64,000 nt of DNA, from the IMG/VR virus record IMGVR_UViG_3300042447_000691; one strand, written 5' to 3'. The first letter of the stretch is position 1. The number at the start of each line of letters is the position of its first letter. The notes beneath the pieces are model-generated. The model saw only the letters and a program-made list of their open reading frames with translations. It made no database searches and was not told the origin of the DNA. This document shows, piece after piece, positions 58,253-64,000 of this stretch. This DNA comes from a virus. Position numbers and translations under genes: made by a program.

Positions 58253-59614
58253 ATGGATCTAAAAAGAATTATTAGAAAGGTAATAAAAGAGGCTCACGAA
58301 AAGAGGCAAATTAACGAAGCCACATGGGTACCTAAAAATACTGGAAGTAAATATGGTATGAGACTTCACCCCGTACAGAAAGTTTATAAACTTCATGCTG
58401 GTCAGGATTATCCTGAACCACAAGGTACTGCTATTATTGTAATTAAACCAGGTAAGGTATTAAGATCTGAATTTGGTAAAGCCAATGGTAATTTTGTTGA
58501 AATTTTACATAATGATGGTTCGGTTACGATGTATTTACATCTATCTAAGAGAATGGTAAGTGCTGGTGACATTGTAAATAGTGGTAAAGTAATTGGGTTG
58601 GTTGGATCTACAGGTCTTTCTACGGGGCCACATCTACATTTTGTTTATAAAAAGGATGGTAAAATGATAAATCCTGAAACTTATGCTCCACAGGTATTTA
58701 GATTTAGTAATAGTTCGTCACCAGACGTTAGTGAGTTTGTTAAACCGGTTGCAAAAGGTAAAACAAAAGAATATATGGTGTATGCCATCTCAAGTGGAAA
58801 AGTGCATAACCCAACCGGTAATTATATTGGTAGTTTAGGTACATTAATATCAAAAAGAAATGGTGAACCGATATATGGATCACAAAGAAAACGAGATGGT
58901 AGAATATTTTTATTCACATTTGATAACAGTAATGATGTATTATACATTGAAATGTCTAATGAGGACTTTTTAAATTATGATGTTAAAAAACAAAGAATAG
59001 AAGGGACGTGGGAAAAATTAACGGAAACTTCTGTTGTTAGAGATTCTAAAAGTAAAAACCAAGAAAAATCTTCTGAAACAAAAAATAAAGAAACTCAAAA
59101 ATCAGGAGATTTAAAAGACGATAGACTTTCAGAACCAATTTTAAAGGCAATTAATGACTTAATAAAAAAAGGTGTTAACATTACAAAAAAAAATATAGAT
59201 AAAGAATTTGAACAGGAAGGGTCAACAAGACCTGATTTGGGAAAAAATAAAATTGCAGAAAAGAAAATACTAGAACTTATAAATGATTGTAATAAAAAAT
59301 TTGGTATAAGTGGAGGGGTAGTCTCCGGATATAGAAGTTATGATGATCAAGTGAATAATTTTGCAAAAAAAGTTTTAAATAATAAAAGAACAATAGATAA
59401 TGTTCAAGCATCAAACACATTACCTGGTTTTAGTCAACACCACACAGGAAAGGCGTTTGATATATATTCAACAGAAACTAGTTGGTGGGATGCGAAACCT
59501 AAGATTAAAAAATGGGTTGCGGATAACGCTAAAGATTACGGTTTTGAAATAACATATAAAACACAAGGACCATTAAGGGTTGCTGAACCTTGGCATTTAA
59601 ATTATATAGGATGA
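58253..59614 (+). CDS. dual peptidoglycan hydrolase: M23 endopeptidase + M15B (VanY-like) peptidase, with leader
   Basis: HAGQD...YLHL...STGPHLHF (M23); SGYRSY..Q, SQHHTGKAFD, EPWH (M15B); leader MDLKRIIRKVIKE. Confidence 0.85.
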   Translation: MDLKRIIRKVIKEAHEKRQINEATWVPKNTGSKYGMRLHPVQKVYKLHAGQDYPEPQGTAIIVIKPGKVLRSEFGKANGNFVEILHNDGSVTMYLHLSKRMVSAGDIVNSGKVIGLVGSTGLSTGPHLHFVYKKDGKMINPETYAPQVFRFSNSSSPDVSEFVKPVAKGKTKEYMVYAISSGKVHNPTGNYIGSLGTLISKRNGEPIYGSQRKRDGRIFLFTFDNSNDVLYIEMSNEDFLNYDVKKQRIEGTWEKLTETSVVRDSKSKNQEKSSETKNKETQKSGDLKDDRLSEPILKAINDLIKKGVNITKKNIDKEFEQEGSTRPDLGKNKIAEKKILELINDCNKKFGISGGVVSGYRSYDDQVNNFAKKVLNNKRTIDNVQASNTLPGFSQHHTGKAFDIYSTETSWWDAKPKIKKWVADNAKDYGFEITYKTQGPLRVAEPWHLNYIG

Positions 59615-59982
59615 AAATAGATCATATCATAAGAAAAGTTTTAATTGAAGAATTCACAACTAAAGAATTTTTATATGAAGACATATACGGATCAGTAGAA
59701 AGTGTTGATGAATTTTTAAACGAAGCAGAATACCAAGGAAGAAAAGTCCAACTTGGAAAAATAATGCAAGGAGACATTAAAAAGTCCAAAGTTTATGTTA
59801 AAAACGATAAAGGAAAGGTTGTTAAGGTAAATTTTGGTTTTGGTGGTAAATCGGCAAAAGGTAAAAGAATGGTTATTAAGAAAAATAACCCTGAAAGAAG
59901 AAGGTCTTTTAGAGCAAGACATAATTGTGATAATCCAGGTCCAAGATGGAAACCTAGATATTGGGCATGTAGAACATGGTAA
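59611..59982 (+). CDS. conserved phage head-associated-like protein (RRSFRARHNC motif)
   Basis: MKIDHIIRKVLIEE leader; EAEYQGRKV; ERRRSFRARHNCD...RYWAC. Confidence 0.65.
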   Translation: MKIDHIIRKVLIEEFTTKEFLYEDIYGSVESVDEFLNEAEYQGRKVQLGKIMQGDIKKSKVYVKNDKGKVVKVNFGFGGKSAKGKRMVIKKNNPERRRSFRARHNCDNPGPRWKPRYWACRTW

Positions 59983-60005
59983 TAAAAAAAATAAAATAAA
60001 AAAAA

Positions 60006-60440
60006 ATGAACAGAAGTTACAGTAAAATCAGACATATTCAAGAATCTAACAGAAGACTTGAAGAAACATTATTAAACGAACAAAATCCAGCATTAGCAGG
60101 ACTTGCTGCTAGAGTTGGTAGTGTGATTGGTAATTTATTTAGAAAAAAAGAAAATGAAACCTCACCGGCACTTCAAGCGGCACAGGCAAGAGTAGAAGCA
60201 AAAACAGAACAATTAAGAAATTCACTTAGAGAGTTTCATGATGAGTTTGAAAAACTTTATAGAGATAGAGCAAAAGAAATTAGTGACTCAATAAAAAAAT
60301 TAGAAGCCGAAAAGGCACCAAACTTAGAAAAAGTAAAAGAACAAAGTACCACATTGAATACTGAATATGAAAGTCTTTTATCTAAAATAACCGATTTTGA
60401 AACTGAAATACAAACAATTTTAGGTAACTATAATAGTTAA
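60006..60440 (+). CDS. leader-family coiled-coil protein
   Basis: KIRHIQESNRRLEETLLNE followed by heptads. Confidence 0.6.
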   Translation: MNRSYSKIRHIQESNRRLEETLLNEQNPALAGLAARVGSVIGNLFRKKENETSPALQAAQARVEAKTEQLRNSLREFHDEFEKLYRDRAKEISDSIKKLEAEKAPNLEKVKEQSTTLNTEYESLLSKITDFETEIQTILGNYNS

Positions 60441-60446
60441 GATAAT

Positions 60447-60746
60447 ATGAGTAAAATTATTATAACAGAAGACCAACTAAAAAAAGTTGTTAAATCACTT
60501 AAAGAAAGTGATGAGGAAGGGTCTTACATGGCAAAACAACAGTTGTTTACCATCGCAACATTGGCTTACAAAATGTGGGAAATGATGGAAGAAGGAGACC
60601 AACTCGAAGATTGGATGGAAACAAAAATCGCTCAATCAGAACAATCTATCACTGCGGTAGTTAAGTCGTTTATGTACGATGAGTTTGAAGACGGTATTAA
60701 AGGAACCAATGGTTTGGATTTTGATGAATTAATCATTGGTAGATAA
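60447..60746 (+). CDS. leader-family protein
   Basis: MSKIIITEDQLKKVVKSLKE; YMAKQQL...LEDWMETKI. Confidence 0.6.
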   Translation: MSKIIITEDQLKKVVKSLKESDEEGSYMAKQQLFTIATLAYKMWEMMEEGDQLEDWMETKIAQSEQSITAVVKSFMYDEFEDGIKGTNGLDFDELIIGR

Positions 60747-60779
60747 AAAAACAAAACATAAATAAACCCCCTTTCTTAG

Positions 60780-60808
60780 TTGACTGGGGGATTTTTATTT
60801 TATATAAT
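60780..60808 (+). promoter_or_regulatory. near-consensus sigma70 promoter TTGACT-N17-TATAAT
   Basis: Overlaps a ccccc/ggggg terminator-like hairpin; precedes the ATG at 60822 and the tRNA. Confidence 0.7.
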
Positions 60809-60821
60809 TATTAAAAAAGTC

Positions 60822-60998
60822 ATGTACGTAATAGTTAAACAAATCAAAACGGAATCCAAAAAAAGATTACCAGTTATATTATTAAACTCTGAAAGTGAAA
60901 TTTGGGAATTTGATAGTATTGAAGACGCTGAAGAAATGAAAGAAATATTTCAAACAAACTCAGACTCAGGACACATTTACGAGGTTAAGAAGATATAA
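60822..60998 (+). CDS. small hypothetical protein
   Basis: Start refined to MYVIVKQIK. Confidence 0.6.
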   Translation: MYVIVKQIKTESKKRLPVILLNSESEIWEFDSIEDAEEMKEIFQTNSDSGHIYEVKKI

Positions 60999-61004
60999 TA
61001 ATAT

Positions 61005-61076
61005 GGTTCCGTGGTGAAAGGGATATCACAGTAGATTTCTAATCTTCTATTCCTGGTTCGAGTCCAGGCGGGACTA
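61005..61076 (+). tRNA. trnR: tRNA-Arg (anticodon TCT)
   Basis: Acceptor ggttccg/cgggact, D arm gtga/tcac, anticodon loop tt-TCT-aa (stem has one T-T mismatch), T arm cctgg-ttcgagt-ccagg. CCA not exactly encoded. Confidence 0.85.
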
Positions 61077-61091
61077 CACCAAACAAAAACA

Positions 61092-61199
61092 ATGGAAAAC
61101 ACCTTAGAACAATTACACCAAGAATTTATTAATTCAGAAGAATTTATAAAATATCTTAAAGAACTTGACGAATATTCAGAAAAATATGTATCTTTGTAA
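61092..61199 (+). CDS. 35-aa micro-ORF
   Basis: MENTLEQLHQEF...; A-rich start context; not in the track. Confidence 0.4.
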   Translation: MENTLEQLHQEFINSEEFIKYLKELDEYSEKYVSL

Positions 61200-61210
61200 A
61201 AACAATACAT

Positions 61211-61510
61211 ATGAACAAAGAACTTGTCTCCCTATTTTTCTCAATGACTCACGAAGTGGAAGAACTACTTGAAGTATTCAATAAGAAACAATTATTAGAT
61301 TTTTACATCAATGGGTGTGAGTTAAGACTTCGTATGGAAGGACGTTTGGAGAATTTTGAAAAGTTCAATAAAGAAACGGGAGTTGAGTTCAGCACTTTGA
61401 TCTCAAACAAATTTCACTTGGCGAAACAACTTCACGTATTAAAAATGGCCTTAGAAAAACTTGGAGTTAAAGGATTAGAAGAAGACCAATACATTATCTT
61501 TAACAATTAA
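61211..61510 (+). CDS. hypothetical protein
   Basis: Follows CTTG-N21-TATCTTTG at 61164-61196. Confidence 0.6.
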   Translation: MNKELVSLFFSMTHEVEELLEVFNKKQLLDFYINGCELRLRMEGRLENFEKFNKETGVEFSTLISNKFHLAKQLHVLKMALEKLGVKGLEEDQYIIFNN

Positions 61511-61800
61511 TGAAATCATTCAAAGACATAGAATTTAAACCACATTCTTTTGGTGAAGGTGTACACGGACTATTATTTTTTCCTAATGGTTATGGGGTGT
61601 CTGTTGTTAGGTATAAAAATCCAATAAGCAAAATTTATGGTTCATATACATCTAACGATAACGAATGGGAAGTTGCGGTGTTATATGGTGATGAAAAAAA
61701 GTGGGAGATCACTTATAACACATACATAACGGACGATGTTATCGGTCACTTATCAGAAGGTGGTGTTGAATGGATAATTATGTTAGTTCAGGATCTATAA
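61510..61800 (+). CDS. conserved small phage protein (FPNGYGVSVV...EVAVL)
   Basis: Recognisable widespread phage motif of unknown function. Confidence 0.65.
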   Translation: MKSFKDIEFKPHSFGEGVHGLLFFPNGYGVSVVRYKNPISKIYGSYTSNDNEWEVAVLYGDEKKWEITYNTYITDDVIGHLSEGGVEWIIMLVQDL

Positions 61801-61820
61801 ATTAAGATATTTATAAGTAA

Positions 61821-61906
61821 CCTCTCAGGGATTTTGATATTTTTACCCTTTTGTCTAATACTCGGCCGTAAAAGCAATAAAGAAAAAATAGATCGGTAGT
61901 TGAGAA
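61821..61906 (+). ncRNA. candidate late small RNA
   Basis: Late motif at 61808 with no ORF. tctca(61823)/tgaga(61901) closing helix and aggg/ccct hairpin. Confidence 0.35.
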
Positions 61907-61914
61907 CAACAAAG

Positions 61915-61977
61915 GAATCCGTGTGGTGTAATTGGTTAGCATAATTTTGGTGTGGGTTTGATTCCCGCCACGGTTTC
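61915..61977 (+). ncRNA. anticodon-less tRNA-like element
   Basis: Stem gaatccgtg/cacggtttc, D-arm-like tggtgtaattggttagcat, only a 9-nt linker, T arm gtggg-tttgatt-cccgc, then a T run. Confidence 0.6.
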
Positions 61978-62007
61978 TTTTTTTAGTCTTTGATGTATTT
62001 ATTATGT

Positions 62008-62967
62008 ATGGGATTAGAGTTTAAACAAATATGGAAGACCTCAAGGACATTAGCGGACTTAGTCAAAGAAGAGTCTGGAGATAAAGTAATTACGAGAACT
62101 AAAATTAAATCAATTGCAACCTCTGACCATTTTGGTCAAGTCCTATTATCTGCGGCCACAACTTTATCTGATAAAATAAAAATCATACAAACAACTTGGT
62201 TTATAATTAATAAACCGAATTACACGCCAGAAAAAATATATAAAATCATAAACGACTTCTATATTTTAGTGGTTGATTTTTATGTTGAACAAACAACAAA
62301 AACTGAAACGTGTGGTGAATGTGATAATGGGTATGTTGAATGTAATAGTTGTGACGGGGATGGTAAACAAGATTGTAGGTATTGTGATGGTGAAGGAACT
62401 CATGAGTGCGATACTTGCTATGGTGAAGGAACCCAAGACTGTAGGTATTGTAATGGTAAAGGAACTGAAACTGAAACAGAAGAAGATGATGAAGGTGAAG
62501 AAGTTGAAGTTGAAGTGGAGTGCGTTCATTGTGATGGTGGAGGTAAGGAATCCTGTCGTGATTGTGGTGGAGAAGGAAATTTTGAATGTGATACTTGTGA
62601 CGGTGAAGGAACCGAAGGATGTGATCATTGTGGAAGTACAGGGTCCGAAGGATGTGGTGAATGTGGTGGAAGTGGAGACGTTGAAAGTTATGAATCATAT
62701 TATAGTATTGAAAGAACCTTTATGGTTGTGAATGGAGATTCTATGCAGAAATACATAGACAAACCATTAACAAAAGATGTGTTTGATGATATTGAAGGCG
62801 AAGATCCTGCCTTTGATTTTTATATGATATTAAAAAGACAAGATTATATGAGTGATAATACGGCAGAAGATGAAAGGGAGAACAACGAAATGGAAGATGA
62901 TTTTGTAATAGTACAAGATTTGATAAAACTTGAAGATTCAAATCTAAGAGTACCCGGACTTTCCTAA
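62008..62967 (+). CDS. protein with ten DnaJ-type CxxCxGxG zinc motifs
   Basis: Five motifs, acidic linker ETETEEDDEGEEVEVEVE, five motifs. Start refined to ATG 62008 after TATTTAT at 61996. Confidence 0.75.
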   Translation: MGLEFKQIWKTSRTLADLVKEESGDKVITRTKIKSIATSDHFGQVLLSAATTLSDKIKIIQTTWFIINKPNYTPEKIYKIINDFYILVVDFYVEQTTKTETCGECDNGYVECNSCDGDGKQDCRYCDGEGTHECDTCYGEGTQDCRYCNGKGTETETEEDDEGEEVEVEVECVHCDGGGKESCRDCGGEGNFECDTCDGEGTEGCDHCGSTGSEGCGECGGSGDVESYESYYSIERTFMVVNGDSMQKYIDKPLTKDVFDDIEGEDPAFDFYMILKRQDYMSDNTAEDERENNEMEDDFVIVQDLIKLEDSNLRVPGLS

Positions 62968-62997
62968 CCATTAACATATTTATTAATAAAAACAATA

Positions 62998-63495
62998 ATG
63001 AAAAGAATAATTAGACTTACAGAATCAGATTTAGCAAGAATTGTTAGACGTGTGATTAAAGAAAACGAAGAAGACTTTGACACACAAAGTTTTTTTGATG
63101 CTCAGTTTATAATTTTAAAAGAGTTTTTAACAAATTTGGGTTATATTTACATGGATGGTGAAAAACCACCTTATTCTAAAAAAGGAAGATTAGGTGTTTT
63201 TGAAAAAATTTCACATACGGAATCCGGCGAAAATGAACCTGGAACAAGTGGGTTAAAAGATGACTATTTATTTAGGGTAAAAATAGAGTTGGATTATAAT
63301 ATTTACGGAACAAGAGAAAATAAGTCGTCTATTTCTATATCTAAGTTTACATATGGTGATTCTGATTGGAAAGTTTTAGTCAATTCAAATGTACCTTGGG
63401 TATTAGGTAAACCTAATTATACAAAAATATTACAAGAGTTCAAAAAAATGGGTGAAGAAGCGCCAGGACTTTATTGTGAATTTAATAAATGTTAA
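62998..63495 (+). CDS. leader-family (RLTESDLARIVRRVIKE) late protein
   Basis: Leader plus an unrelated body. Late motif at 62977. Confidence 0.75.
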   Translation: MKRIIRLTESDLARIVRRVIKENEEDFDTQSFFDAQFIILKEFLTNLGYIYMDGEKPPYSKKGRLGVFEKISHTESGENEPGTSGLKDDYLFRVKIELDYNIYGTRENKSSISISKFTYGDSDWKVLVNSNVPWVLGKPNYTKILQEFKKMGEEAPGLYCEFNKC

Positions 63496-63505
63496 TAAAA
63501 AAATA

Positions 63506-64000
63506 ATGAAAAGAATAATAAGACTAACAGAATCGGATTTAGCAAGAATTGTTAGACGTGTGATTAAAGAAAACGAATATGAAGAAGATGAATATGATGA
63601 AGACGACGACGACGACGAAGATTATAAAGCATTTATAGATTCATATAGTGATGAACCTATAAATACCCCTAAAACACGAATGGCCGATCCTAATGAACCG
63701 TACGATTCAATTGGAGGACATTCCGTAAACGATTTAAAAAGAGCGTTTAATAAGACGAAGAGGGAAGATGAAGAGTGGGGACAAACAGACGCAGGTAAAC
63801 ATCAATCACAGGACTTAATTAATATGGCGATAGATATATTAGAAGACGAATACGGTTATGATGGGGATGAACTTAACGAAATGAATGAGATGGATATTGT
63901 TGAATCTTTATATGAAGAGGGCGAAGACGATTTGGCATCACAAATAGAATACCTATTAGATGAAGAAGGTATTGGTGAAAGAAGTGGAGGTGAATTAGGT
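63506..64000 (+). CDS. leader-family acidic late protein, 3'-truncated by the window
   Basis: MKRIIRLTESDLARIVRRVIKENEYEEDE...; open to the window end; not in the track. Confidence 0.75.
   Translation, partial: MKRIIRLTESDLARIVRRVIKENEYEEDEYDEDDDDDEDYKAFIDSYSDEPINTPKTRMADPNEPYDSIGGHSVNDLKRAFNKTKREDEEWGQTDAGKHQSQDLINMAIDILEDEYGYDGDELNEMNEMDIVESLYEEGEDDLASQIEYLLDEEGIGERSGGELG

Noticed and set aside
62246-62731. His-rich and Val-rich overlapping ORFs over the CxxC gene
   Set aside because: Alternative-frame artefacts of the TGT/GAT/GGT-rich repeat.
1-64000. Stop-codon reassignment, as in some large Bacteroidota phages
   Set aside because: Genes are full length and tightly packed under code 11, TAG and TGA both act as stops, and there is no suppressor tRNA.

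Overview
AT-rich segment, read in the standard genetic code, of a very large tailed dsDNA phage (jumbo/megaphage) that probably infects a Bacteroidota host. Host evidence: TAnnTTTG/-33 TTG promoters, A-rich start contexts without Shine-Dalgarno, a Bacteroidota-type primary sigma factor, an Hc1 histone-like protein, SprB repeats and a Flavobacteria-style lipoprotein. Layout: 1-21 kb baseplate, tail-fibre and adhesin module with an embedded GT60-like GlcNAc transferase beside Pro-Thr mucin-like proteins. 21-30 kb replication/recombination (RuvC-like, primase, PD-(D/E)XK nuclease, SbcCD with re-partitioned domains, HNH cassette). 30-34 kb split type IIG-like R-M enzyme and sigma factor. 34-40 kb membrane, lysis-like and head proteins. 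40-56 kb auxiliary genes (Hc1, DnaJ, two further DNA methyltransferases, LRR, PcfJ-like, glutaredoxin, pseudo-MetK, DHH, GNAT). 56.4-57.3 kb ~900-nt highly structured ncRNA (GOLLD-like) behind a host promoter and an rRNA-type boxA. 58-64 kb late genes with a shared N-terminal leader, tRNA-Arg(UCU) and an anticodon-less tRNA-like element. Top candidates for undescribed systems: virion O-glycosylation of PT linkers; an rRNA-style antiterminated giant ncRNA; a late-promoter plus leader-peptide capsid-cargo system; a catalytically dead MetK mimic. All family assignments come from motif recognition by eye; no searches were run.
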